A stretch of 45,843 bases of DNA, the filler included, from an uncultured Methanosarcinales archaeon (GTDB lineage: Archaea; Nanobdellota; Nanobdellia; Woesearchaeales; CAZPJY01), in the NCBI GenBank assembly GCA_964587045.1. It is 6 parts of 6 records of this genome, joined end to end, with 100 filler letters (N's around TTAATTAATTAA, not from the genome) between each part and the next. Parts side by side here need not be neighbours in the genome. Positions count along the whole stretch, not along the records: positions 11,611 to 19,847 come from CAZPJY010000043.1; positions 19,948 to 27,647 come from CAZPJY010000044.1; positions 27,748 to 35,432 come from CAZPJY010000045.1; 3 more parts are not named here. One strand, written 5' to 3'. This document shows, piece after piece, positions 19,352 to 27,902 of this stretch. Every line of letters begins with the position of its first letter. Position 1 is the stretch's first letter. Position numbers and translations under genes: made by a program. Below the pieces are notes generated by a model that saw nothing but the letters and a program-made list of their open reading frames with translations, was not told the DNA's origin and ran no database searches.

Positions 19352-19847
19352 ATGCTGCCCAATTTCGTCCAAACCCTGCTGAAGAGCCTGAACCCCAACG
19401 CGTACCCGGGACTTGCCGCGCGCAAATACCCCTCTGTGATGGGCTATTTCTTCTCGATCGTCTTCGTCGCCTTCCTGATCGGCGTCCTGGTCAGGCTGCC
19501 GGCAGTGGCATCGCTCCCCTCAGGCATCGAGGAGCAGCTGAGCGAGTTCGACACGTTCAACGCGACGATCAACATCAAGACCGAAGGCCCGGTAATCCTT
19601 GGGGATGAGGTTGATGGCATAATAATTGACACAAGCGGCGAGTACACCAACTCTTCTGGCAAGAATGTAGTGATCACTGAAGAGTACATATCATATCCGT
19701 TCATCGGCGGGGTCAGGTCCAAGGACGTCATCGAACTCTCTGACTTCCTGGCGCTCAAGGAGGGCATATCAAAGGGCGTCACCATACTCCTCCTCGTCAG
19801 GGAAATCATAATCCTCTTCGTCATAAGTTGCGACATATGCTGGGCGC
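19352..19847 (+). CDS. Membrane protein (DUF1189-like), truncated at contig end
   Basis: SLNPNAY...YFFSIVFVAFL TM, extracellular loop, start of a second TM. Confidence 0.6.
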
Positions 19848-19947
19848 NNNNNNNNNNNNNNNNNNNNNNNNNNNNNNNNNNNNNNNNNNNNTTAATTAAT
19901 TAANNNNNNNNNNNNNNNNNNNNNNNNNNNNNNNNNNNNNNNNNNNN
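19848..19947. other. Artificial contig linker
   Basis: N-run + TTAATTAATTAA + N-run. Confidence 0.99.
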
Positions 19948-19948
19948 A

Positions 19949-21037
19949 TGCACAGACGACCACTGCGAGGACGGCTCGGTGTGGTACGATTATAATGAGG
20001 CGTTCTCTCCTGACCTCACGGACTGCCCTGATGACGCGTGCGACGGCACCGACTGGGTCGACTATCCTGATGATGGTTATGCTCAATGCTTCGAAGGCGA
20101 GCTGATGGGCTACAGCTGTGAAGAGGTCTCAAGGGAGTACAGCGAAGCGTGCGACAGCGATTCAGATGAGGACGGGATACCTGACCATCTGGACAACTGC
20201 CCGACGGTCTACAACCCAGACCAGGTCGATACTGACGGAGACGGCTTGGGTGACGCGTGCGATGGCGACGACGATGACGACGGGTACGACGATGAAGAGG
20301 ACTGCTCGCCCCTGGACGATGAGGTCTACCCGGGAGCTGTGGAGGTCTGTGACGGCAAGGACAACGACTGCGACGGGGTCGTCGATGAGGGGTGCTCCTG
20401 TGTGGACGGGACCTTCAGGGAATGCGGTTCGAGTGTAGGGCTGTGCAGGTCTGGCCGGCAGGAATGCGTTGGGGGCGCTTGGACCGCATGCGTTGCCGGG
20501 ACAGGGCCTGAGGATGAGGTGTGCGACGGATGGGACAACGACTGCGATGGTATCGTGGATGAGGGGTGTGAGGCTTCCTCTGGGGGAGGCATAAGGCTGC
20601 TGTCTGTGGAGCTCCTGGAGCCCTACGTCGAGGAGGGGGGAGAGCTAGGGGTCCGTTTCGAGGTTGAGAACCGGGGGAGCAGGACGGCAAGGGACGTTTC
20701 GGTGAGCGCTTACATACCGGAGCTGGCTGTGCAGGCACAGATTGCCAGCTTCGACGTTCAGAGTAGGAGGAAAGAGGTCCGCATCATGTACATCGACGTT
20801 CCAAGAGGCGTCGAGAAGGGCATGTACGACCTAAAGCTTGCAGCGTACTATTCAGGCGACAGCTTCGTTGAGTACAGGCAGTTCACGATATGCGAGATTG
20901 CCGACACCGCGGGTTGCGTTGCGCAAGGGGCTGAGCCTGTGCATGAAATCCAGATAGAAAAGATTTTCACAAATCATATAGAGCCTGAGCCACTCCCGTG
21001 GTGGAAGAGGTTGCTCATATGGCTCTTCGCATGGTAA
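19949..21037 (+). CDS. Asp/Cys-rich surface protein: thrombospondin type-3 repeats, MopE-like metal-binding repeats, CARDB-like domain; 5'-truncated
   Basis: [55 protein letters not shown] and [16 protein letters not shown]; amphipathic tail [12 protein letters not shown]. Confidence 0.88.
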   Translation, partial: CTDDHCEDGSVWYDYNEAFSPDLTDCPDDACDGTDWVDYPDDGYAQCFEGELMGYSCEEVSREYSEACDSDSDEDGIPDHLDNCPTVYNPDQVDTDGDGLGDACDGDDDDDGYDDEEDCSPLDDEVYPGAVEVCDGKDNDCDGVVDEGCSCVDGTFRECGSSVGLCRSGRQECVGGAWTACVAGTGPEDEVCDGWDNDCDGIVDEGCEASSGGGIRLLSVELLEPYVEEGGELGVRFEVENRGSRTARDVSVSAYIPELAVQAQIASFDVQSRRKEVRIMYIDVPRGVEKGMYDLKLAAYYSGDSFVEYRQFTICEIADTAGCVAQGAEPVHEIQIEKIFTNHIEPEPLPWWKRLLIWLFAW

Positions 21038-21085
21038 TCACTAAAAAATGGTCACGGTATTTAACTACTGCGACATACTAAACAG

Positions 21086-21100
21086 CGAAATATTTATATA
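21086..21100 (+). promoter_or_regulatory. BRE + TATA box of the putative S-layer gene
   Basis: CGAAA TA TTTATATA, followed by a leader and GGGGGGT SD before ATG 21176. Confidence 0.65.
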
Positions 21101-21175
21101 TGAGTAGAAGTTAAATTTTCCCACCTATCGACGGATGGGGATACAATCACAACCAAATTATGGGGGGTAACTACC

Positions 21176-22459
21176 ATGGTAAGGAAGTTCAGCGGCATGT
21201 TAGCGATTTTGATTGTCTGCATGCTTGCCCTAACCGGCATCGCAGCAGCGGTCCCGGTGGACATAGATAAAGTGAAGATCAACGGCGATGAAGTTGATCC
21301 TGAAGGTGCTACAATAAGGGATATCGAGCGGGGCGACAGCCTTGAGATAAGGGTCGAGATCACAGCCACAGGCGACGCCAACGATGTCGAAGTGACTGCT
21401 TTCATCTCCGGCTACGACCATGATGACCGGATAATCGACACGACTGACGTGTTCGACATGGATGAAGGCGTCACCTACGTCAAGAAGCTCAACGTCGTGC
21501 TTCCCGACAGGATGGACAAGGATGAGTACAAGCTCAGGATCATAGTGACCGACAGGGCAGGGGACCTGACCCAGTCCAACTACGACCTGATAGTAAGCTC
21601 GCCCAGACACGCCCTGGACATCAGGGACGTCGTGTTCAGCCCTGACAACACGGTCATCGCCGGACGCGCTCTACTCGCAATCGTCCGCCTCAAGAACGTG
21701 GGCGACAAGCTCGAAGAGTCAATCAAGGTCAAGGTCTCGATCCCTGAGCTGGGCGTATCTGACACGGACTACATCGATGAGCTCGATGAGGGAGACTCCA
21801 TCTCGAGCGAGGAGCTCTACCTTAGGATACCTCAGTGCGCGCCGACAGGCAAGTACATCGTCAACGTCGAGGTAACATACGACGACGGCGACGAGGTAAT
21901 CAGCGAGGACTACCTGCTCAACGTCCTGGAGTCAGACACCTGCGAGGCGGCCTCAACATCAGGGCAGGCCCAGGAGGACAAGACCATCCTGACAGTTCCG
22001 GGCGTCCAGAAGCTAAAGATCGGAGGGGCTGTAGTGTCCTACCCGGTCATGATAACCAACGCGGCGGGAAGCGACAAGACCTACACCATCTCGGTCAGCG
22101 GCATGGGCCAGTGGGGCACCTACGCGGTCGACCCAAGCACGGTCGTGCTCGTGAGGTCCGGCCAGTCTGAGACCGCGAACGTGATGGTCAAGGCCAGCGA
22201 CGACGCATCACCAGGAGAGAAGGTCTTCCTGCTCACCATCAAGAGCGGCGATGACCAAAAGCAGATTCCGTTGACGGCCAGCCTGGAAGCAGGAGCAGAG
22301 CCTGCAGACGCATCAAGCTGGACCAGGGTCAAGAAGGGTCTCGAGATCGGTCTCGTCATCCTCGTGGTTCTGCTGGTTATCCTGGGGCTCATCATCGGGT
22401 TCAACAAGCTGAAGGGGGACAGCGAGCCTGATGACGAAGCAGGGCAAACCTATTATTAA
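21176..22459 (+). CDS. Putative S-layer / major surface protein (Ig-like domains, C-terminal TM)
   Basis: Signal peptide, acidic CARDB-like beta domains, C-terminal TM and acidic tail ending YY; strong promoter, SD and T-rich terminator. Confidence 0.75.
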   Translation: MVRKFSGMLAILIVCMLALTGIAAAVPVDIDKVKINGDEVDPEGATIRDIERGDSLEIRVEITATGDANDVEVTAFISGYDHDDRIIDTTDVFDMDEGVTYVKKLNVVLPDRMDKDEYKLRIIVTDRAGDLTQSNYDLIVSSPRHALDIRDVVFSPDNTVIAGRALLAIVRLKNVGDKLEESIKVKVSIPELGVSDTDYIDELDEGDSISSEELYLRIPQCAPTGKYIVNVEVTYDDGDEVISEDYLLNVLESDTCEAASTSGQAQEDKTILTVPGVQKLKIGGAVVSYPVMITNAAGSDKTYTISVSGMGQWGTYAVDPSTVVLVRSGQSETANVMVKASDDASPGEKVFLLTIKSGDDQKQIPLTASLEAGAEPADASSWTRVKKGLEIGLVILVVLLVILGLIIGFNKLKGDSEPDDEAGQTYY

Positions 22460-22479
22460 TTTTTTTTAACTCTTTTTTT
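22459..22479 (+). terminator. Oligo-T terminator
   Basis: ATTTTTTTTAACTCTTTTTTT directly after the stop. Confidence 0.55.
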
Positions 22480-22493
22480 CGGGGGTTCAAGGC

Positions 22494-24797
22494 ATGAAGA
22501 ATGCCCTTTGGTTACTACTACTGTTGATTTTAGTAATTGTACCCTCACAAGTTTCGGCCGATTTCTTCTTTGCGACCGCAAGGACGGACATCGATGTCTG
22601 CTCATGCGCAAGCGTAGAGCAGGACCTTATCCTGAAAAACAACGATTTGCCCGGCATCTTCACATTCGACCTGTCGGGCGGGGCTGCTGACTGGGCTCAG
22701 ATAACACCATCTTCAGTCGCCCTTGGCACTGGGGAAAAAGCAACACCTGTGCTCAGCTTGAGCGTCCCCTGCGATGCGAGAGGTGTAAAGGATCTCTACG
22801 TTACTGCTGAGATGAACGGCGTAGCGCAGAGGCTTGTCTTCAACGTCATAGCCGGAAAGTGCGCAACGGTGTTCCTGGCCACGCGGGAGACAGAGATGAC
22901 AGAGTGCAACGGCCGTGAGCTGGACTACTCGCTGATCCTGCGCAACAAGGCGCAGTTCGACGATTCGTTCGTAATCAGCATGGACAAATTCGTCGATGCT
23001 GCCACGCTTTCGGCAAACCCTGTGGGCATCGCAGCCGGACAGGAAAAGACGGTAAGGCTGAACATGACCTTCCCTCCGGAGAAATTCGGTGTCGGCAACT
23101 TCACTGTGTTCGCCACATCAGAGGAGACTGGGGAGAAGGTCGGCCTGCCGCTCTCGTTCGTTCTGGAGCCGTGCTACGATTTCGACGTGCGCCTGGAGCC
23201 GCCGAGTCCGCTCTGCAGCTGGGCCACATCGTACATACCCTTGCAGATACAAAACAAGGACCAGCTCGCCAACAACTTCGACGTTATGCTCGAAGGCCCC
23301 CCATGGATGTCCCTGGTCAATTCGAGCATCGAGCTGGAAGCTTCCAGGAAGGGTTACCTCCTCATCGAGGCCACACCGCCGCGGAACCTGACAGGGAAGG
23401 TCAACATAACCATCCACCTCAAGTCGTCCTTGGGAGCGCTGACCAGGCAGATCAACGAGACCCTCAATGTGGAATCCTGCTATGATCCCCAGATCTCATT
23501 TTCCGAGGCTTCAGGCTCGTTCTGTTCAGGCCCTATTGAGCTTCCAGTGGAGATATCAAACCTCGGGGAGGACAGGGAGGATTTCGATCTGGCAGTGACG
23601 CACTACAGCTGGGTCAGGGTGCCGGCAGAGATACTACGGCTGAATGAGGGCGAGAAGCTGCCCGTCCTGCTGGACATCGACGTCCCTTCCATGGACAAGA
23701 CCTTCAACATCACAGCCGAGCTCTCGCTAAAGGGCCACCCGGAGGTCGCGGTGGCGGACACATACATGCTCACATCCATTTCCGACTGGGAGTGCTACAA
23801 GGCAGTCGTCCTCACCAACGTCAGCAACACGATTAACTACTCATACCACGCTTTCGAGATCCCCATCGAGAATGAGGGCTACAGGGACGCAATCTACGAT
23901 GTCGTGTTCGACGCCGGGGACTGGGTGACTCTGGAGCCGAGGATCATGTTCCTCGAGCCGGGGCAGAAATCCAGCCTGAAGCTGGTGATGGACCCCAGCA
24001 GGGACGTGCCCCAGGGCAAGTATGCCATAACCTTCAAGCTGGTGCCTAGGGGGACAGAGGCGGTGTACGACAAGTCCTTCGTGGTCAAGCTGACAGAGCC
24101 GCTGGACACCCTGAAGCTGCTCAAGATCTCAATGCTGGGCCTGACCTTGCTTTTGATAGCGCTGATATTCATGCTCGCATTGAGCATAAGGAGGAAGAAG
24201 GACCGGAAGAAGCGCTCGATGTCAATCCAGTGGATCTTCCTTATCCTGTTCTTTGCGCTGCTGGTGGTGTTCATCGTGTTCGCCTACGGCACCCTGTTCA
24301 GGGGGCCGGCTGAGCTCAACGAGATCAACATGACCGGATTCAATGAATCGTTGAGAAACACCTTCCTCTACCAGGAGATAAGTAGCGGAGAGAAGCTGGT
24401 GATCAACCTGAGCCAGCATTTCTACGACCCTGATGGGGACAAGCTCACCTACCTCGTCACAGTCGACCCGCAGTTCATCAACTACACCCTGGACGGAGAC
24501 ATCCTGACCCTGCAGTCAACCCCCAACTTCTCGGGCGGCGCCTACATGACAATAATAGCGAGGGATGTCCAGGATGCAGAGGTGGTGAGCCCAGAGATCA
24601 TGATAAAGGTCAACCCGAAATCAACCTTCGGAATCATTGAGAGCACGGAATATGTCTATCAGGGGCTCAAGAGCTGGGCCCAGAACAACCCCAACGCGTT
24701 GATCTTCATCATCATAGTCCTGGTCGTGGTCATCATATTCCTCAACATCTCTGGCAAGTCCAAGAAGACCGTCGTGGTCAGGAAAAAGAAAAAATAA
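22494..24797 (+). CDS. Large membrane-anchored Ig-like repeat glycoprotein with cadherin-like domain
   Basis: Signal peptide; about 5 beta-sandwich repeats with N-x-S/T sequons; 2 TM; FYDPDGDKLTY motif; final TM and basic tail. Confidence 0.8.
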   Translation: MKNALWLLLLLILVIVPSQVSADFFFATARTDIDVCSCASVEQDLILKNNDLPGIFTFDLSGGAADWAQITPSSVALGTGEKATPVLSLSVPCDARGVKDLYVTAEMNGVAQRLVFNVIAGKCATVFLATRETEMTECNGRELDYSLILRNKAQFDDSFVISMDKFVDAATLSANPVGIAAGQEKTVRLNMTFPPEKFGVGNFTVFATSEETGEKVGLPLSFVLEPCYDFDVRLEPPSPLCSWATSYIPLQIQNKDQLANNFDVMLEGPPWMSLVNSSIELEASRKGYLLIEATPPRNLTGKVNITIHLKSSLGALTRQINETLNVESCYDPQISFSEASGSFCSGPIELPVEISNLGEDREDFDLAVTHYSWVRVPAEILRLNEGEKLPVLLDIDVPSMDKTFNITAELSLKGHPEVAVADTYMLTSISDWECYKAVVLTNVSNTINYSYHAFEIPIENEGYRDAIYDVVFDAGDWVTLEPRIMFLEPGQKSSLKLVMDPSRDVPQGKYAITFKLVPRGTEAVYDKSFVVKLTEPLDTLKLLKISMLGLTLLLIALIFMLALSIRRKKDRKKRSMSIQWIFLILFFALLVVFIVFAYGTLFRGPAELNEINMTGFNESLRNTFLYQEISSGEKLVINLSQHFYDPDGDKLTYLVTVDPQFINYTLDGDILTLQSTPNFSGGAYMTIIARDVQDAEVVSPEIMIKVNPKSTFGIIESTEYVYQGLKSWAQNNPNALIFIIIVLVVVIIFLNISGKSKKTVVVRKKKK

Positions 24798-24825
24798 ATA
24801 AGTAAGGCGTGCTTCTGGGAGTGGT

Positions 24826-25674
24826 ATGGGAAAGGCTGAGGAGGTGACGATTCTAGGCATAATCCTTAACCTCATACTGTTCGCTGCCAAGCTGTTCGCC
24901 GGCCTCATGTCAGGCAGTCTGGCCATCCTTTCTGACGCTTCCAACTCCTTGATGGATGCTCTTGCTTCCGTGGGTATATTCCTCGCGGTCAAGATATCAA
25001 GGAAGCGTGCGGACCACGCCTACCCTTTCGGGCACCACCGCGCAGAGCCCATAGCTGGCCTGCTGGTCGCGATCTTTGCGGGGATGCTCGCCTATGAGGT
25101 CGTCAGCACCGGCGTGATGGGGCTCATCAATCCTACCCGATATGAGATAACGACAACAACCGTCGCTATTTTGGTCGGTGTCCTCGCGGTGAAGGGCTTC
25201 ATGTCGTACTACTTCATCAGGACCGGCAATAGGATCAACAGCCCTGCCATCAGGGCTAGCGGCGTCGACTCCCGCAATGACGTTTTTGTCACCTCGGCAG
25301 TTCTAATAAGCGTCGCTGCGGTTTACTTCGGCTTCCGCTTCGTCGACAGCGTCGCCGCCATCCTGGTCGGGCTGTTCATAGCCTACTCCGGCTACTCGAT
25401 AGGCAAGGAGAACGTCGGCTTCCTGATGGGCCACTCGCCTCCTGACAGCTACATCCGCAGCCTGAAGGCCCTGGCCAAGCAGGTGGAGGGGGTGAAGGGC
25501 ATCAACATGGTCCGCGCGCATTACGTCGGGAACTTCGTGCAGGTGCACATCCACATTGATGTGGACGGAGAGATCTCGACTCATAAGTCGCACGATATCA
25601 GCAAGGAGGTCAGCACGAGGCTGGAGAAACTGACATACGTGGACCGCGCGTTCGTGCACATCGACCCAGTCTAG
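24826..25674 (+). CDS. Cation diffusion facilitator (FieF-like) transporter
   Basis: SGSLAILSDASNSLMD, YPFGHHRAE, DSRND, SHDI, FVHIDP. Confidence 0.95.
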   Translation: MGKAEEVTILGIILNLILFAAKLFAGLMSGSLAILSDASNSLMDALASVGIFLAVKISRKRADHAYPFGHHRAEPIAGLLVAIFAGMLAYEVVSTGVMGLINPTRYEITTTTVAILVGVLAVKGFMSYYFIRTGNRINSPAIRASGVDSRNDVFVTSAVLISVAAVYFGFRFVDSVAAILVGLFIAYSGYSIGKENVGFLMGHSPPDSYIRSLKALAKQVEGVKGINMVRAHYVGNFVQVHIHIDVDGEISTHKSHDISKEVSTRLEKLTYVDRAFVHIDPV

Positions 25675-26750
25675 TCAAGATGCCTTGAGAAGAGCTGGTC
25701 GTAAAGCAGCTTAACGTTCTCTTGGGTGTTCCTGAATTCAGGGAAGCCCTTGTAGCCTTCAGCTTCGGAGACGTCCTTGGCCAGGTTCAGCTTGTTTTGC
25801 TGCACTGAGTGGAACCAGTTATTCTTTTCGTACCACTTGCTCAGGTACTCCTGCTCAGGCTGGCCAGGCGTCGGTATGAAGAGGCCGCGCTTCTTGTCAA
25901 GCTCCGCCACTTCCATCATGGTGGTGTAGCCTGAGCGTGTGATTATGAACCTGGCCCTATTCATGTAGTCGGCCATCTCCTCGCGGTTGGCGTGGTCCTT
26001 TAGGAAAAGGTCCTTGGCATTCCTCGTCTTGTTGGACTGGGGCAGACCCAGCACGACGACCTTCTTCCCCTCAAGATGTTTCATCTGGGGCAAGACGGTT
26101 TTCTCGAGCAGGGTGCGCTGCGGCTCCGGACCTGAGATGCTGATCAAGTAGTCGATGTCCTCTTTTGACCTTGTCTTGGAGACGCTTGAGAGGATGCCTG
26201 CGTAGAAGAGTTTCTTCCTTATGCCTTCAATCTTTGTCTTGGCAATACCACCTGCCAATCCCTTCTTCAGATTCTGGTCCGGGACTATCACGCGGTTGAA
26301 GTTTGAGAAATTGTACTCATTGAAGCGCGCCATGGCGTACTCAACGGCACGACCCAGCGGCAGGTCGAACGATATCTGGTGGTTGATGAGGTATGAGGGC
26401 ACCCATTCTGAGTAGAAACCGAACCTGCTGTCGCTTATGATGAGGTCGAAAGACTCCTTCTCAAGGAGCCTGTGGAGGTCCCTGTTCTCCCTATTGTATG
26501 AGAGCAGGACTTTTGGGATCTCCCGGACGAACTCTGTGATGAAGAACTTGGTCCTGCCGTACCTGACCTTCGGACCCGGCATGGTCAAAAACCTGCATTC
26601 CGGAACCTCCTGCTTGAGCAATGATAGGGCGCGACTCCCGGTTGCGACAGTCACCTCGTGGCCCCTGCGCTGCAGCTCCCTGATGATAGGTATGTCCCTT
26701 GTCGAGTGGCCGAGCCCCCAGTCTGTCGGCGCGACGATTACCTTTGCCAT
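25671..26750 (-). CDS. GT-B glycosyltransferase (GT28 / MJ1255-like)
   Basis: WGLGHSTR, LIISDSRFG, SGPEPQR, ITRSGYTTMME, PTPGQPEQEYL. Confidence 0.9.
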   Translation of the reverse strand: MAKVIVAPTDWGLGHSTRDIPIIRELQRRGHEVTVATGSRALSLLKQEVPECRFLTMPGPKVRYGRTKFFITEFVREIPKVLLSYNRENRDLHRLLEKESFDLIISDSRFGFYSEWVPSYLINHQISFDLPLGRAVEYAMARFNEYNFSNFNRVIVPDQNLKKGLAGGIAKTKIEGIRKKLFYAGILSSVSKTRSKEDIDYLISISGPEPQRTLLEKTVLPQMKHLEGKKVVVLGLPQSNKTRNAKDLFLKDHANREEMADYMNRARFIITRSGYTTMMEVAELDKKRGLFIPTPGQPEQEYLSKWYEKNNWFHSVQQNKLNLAKDVSEAEGYKGFPEFRNTQENVKLLYDQLFSRHLD

Positions 26751-26793
26751 GATGAACGGGTAAGATAAGGTGTATATAAATCATGCGTGTCTT

Positions 26794-27147
26794 TCAAAGA
26801 ATAACTTTCTGGCTGTCGAGGTCGAATACTTCCACTATGTGGATAAGTATCGCGCACTTCACCTCAGGGCCTTCGTTGCGCTCCTTTGCGAGCCTCATAA
26901 CCTCTCTGTCAGCAGCCACTTCTGCTTGGCCCCTGATGCGGTAGTACTCGCCGTCGCCCATGGCTACCACTGCCACTTGAGGGTTCTTCCTGATGTTTTC
27001 CAGAGTAGAGACCATCTGGCACGCGTTGATGAGCAGCCTGTCTCCTACGAAGCCCTGGCTGATCACGACCACAGCGTTGGGCTTGCCACCACTTGATGTG
27101 GCGAGAACTAGTTCCTTTCCCTGTTCGAGCAAGCTCTTCCATGCCAT
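26794..27147 (-). CDS. Pyridoxamine 5'-phosphate oxidase-like FMN-binding protein
   Basis: LVLATSSGGKPNA, TLENIRKNPQVAV, YRIRGQA. Confidence 0.85.
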   Translation of the reverse strand: MAWKSLLEQGKELVLATSSGGKPNAVVVISQGFVGDRLLINACQMVSTLENIRKNPQVAVVAMGDGEYYRIRGQAEVAADREVMRLAKERNEGPEVKCAILIHIVEVFDLDSQKVIL

Positions 27148-27157
27148 GGTGAAAAAG

Positions 27158-27311
27158 TGGGGACGCGGGGATTCGAACCCCGATCTGCTGGTCTCTTCCT
27201 TGAAGCGACATGCCTCAACAGACCAATGGCTTTAATCATCGCCGCGGTATTCTGCGGCTCATCGCTCCATGACTGGAGCCAGCCATTCTAGCCAGGTTAT
27301 ACTACGTCCCC
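27158..27311 (-). tRNA. tRNA-Trp(CCA) with 80-nt intron at 37/38; CCA end not encoded
   Basis: Acceptor GGGGACG/CGTCCCC+A; anticodon arm GCTGG-CTCCAG^A-CCAGC; T arm CGGGG-TTCGAAT-CCCCG; exons 27311-27273 and 27192-27158 (74 nt spliced). Confidence 0.95.
27193..27272 (-). ncRNA. tRNA-Trp intron encoding a box C/D guide for C34 and C39
   Basis: TGGAGCG+ATGA puts C34 at +5; TTGGTCTG+TTGA puts C39 at +5; GCCGC/GCGGC hairpin then GATGA; relaxed bulge-helix-bulge with one C-A mismatch. Confidence 0.75.
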
Positions 27312-27340
27312 TCGGGCCACGACGAAGGAAGGGTTTTATG

Positions 27341-27349
27341 TATATAAAA
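27341..27349 (-). promoter_or_regulatory. TATA box of tRNA-Trp
   Basis: Minus strand TTTTATATA about 30 nt upstream of the mature 5' end. Confidence 0.6.
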
Positions 27350-27406
27350 GTTCTGATAATTGCATTTGAGGAATATTTAAAAAAACCAGTTCGTTAGCTA
27401 TTGAGA

Positions 27407-27647
27407 ATGAGTCGTTCAAGGAGAAGGCAATATAACCAATTTGATCCAGAAGAGAGTTTTAATGAAAAAGCTGCTATCATACTCCTTTCTCTCATTGCAA
27501 TTTTCTTAATCTTGAATCATTTTGGATGGATTAAATATTGGCCGTTAATTACAGATTTGGGAACAAGCCTTGTTGTTTCGTTTGCATTAACAGCGATAGC
27601 TCAAACTATTATCATGAGATTTTCTGGGGATTATTTCCGACGAAAAC
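27407..27647 (+). CDS. Small AT-rich membrane protein, truncated at contig end
   Basis: Two hydrophobic helices; much lower GC than the rest of contig C. Confidence 0.6.
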
Positions 27648-27747
27648 NNNNNNNNNNNNNNNNNNNNNNNNNNNNNNNNNNNNNNNNNNNNTTAATTAAT
27701 TAANNNNNNNNNNNNNNNNNNNNNNNNNNNNNNNNNNNNNNNNNNNN
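27648..27747. other. Artificial contig linker
   Basis: N-run + TTAATTAATTAA + N-run. Confidence 0.99.
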
Positions 27748-27749
27748 GC

Positions 27750-27902
27750 ATCAGGTTCGAACACGACGATCTTCCTTACGACGAACTGCCAGAACACATG
27801 AGGGCCCACGGAGACGGGAGGGTCCACGTGACCTGCATGGACGACGTGCCCCATGCGCTGAAACTGATAAGGCTAGCATACAGGGTGAACAAGGATGAGT
27901 GA
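27750..27902 (+). CDS. C-terminal fragment of a DUF5655-like protein (not in ORF track)
   Basis: Manual translation IRFEHDDLPYDELPEHMRAHGDGRVHVTCMDDVPHALKLIRLAYRVNKDE*; stop overlaps next ATG by 8 nt. Confidence 0.55.
   Translation: MRFEHDDLPYDELPEHMRAHGDGRVHVTCMDDVPHALKLIRLAYRVNKDE

Noticed and set aside
19790..19847. Contig-end sequence reading RPAYVATYDEEDYDFPDEEE on the minus strand as an overlapping gene
   Set aside because: More likely an inversion chimera or misassembly at the contig edge; needs read mapping
26909..27235. Short ORFs overlapping the tRNA region
   Set aside because: Explained by tRNA-Trp and the FMN-binding protein gene
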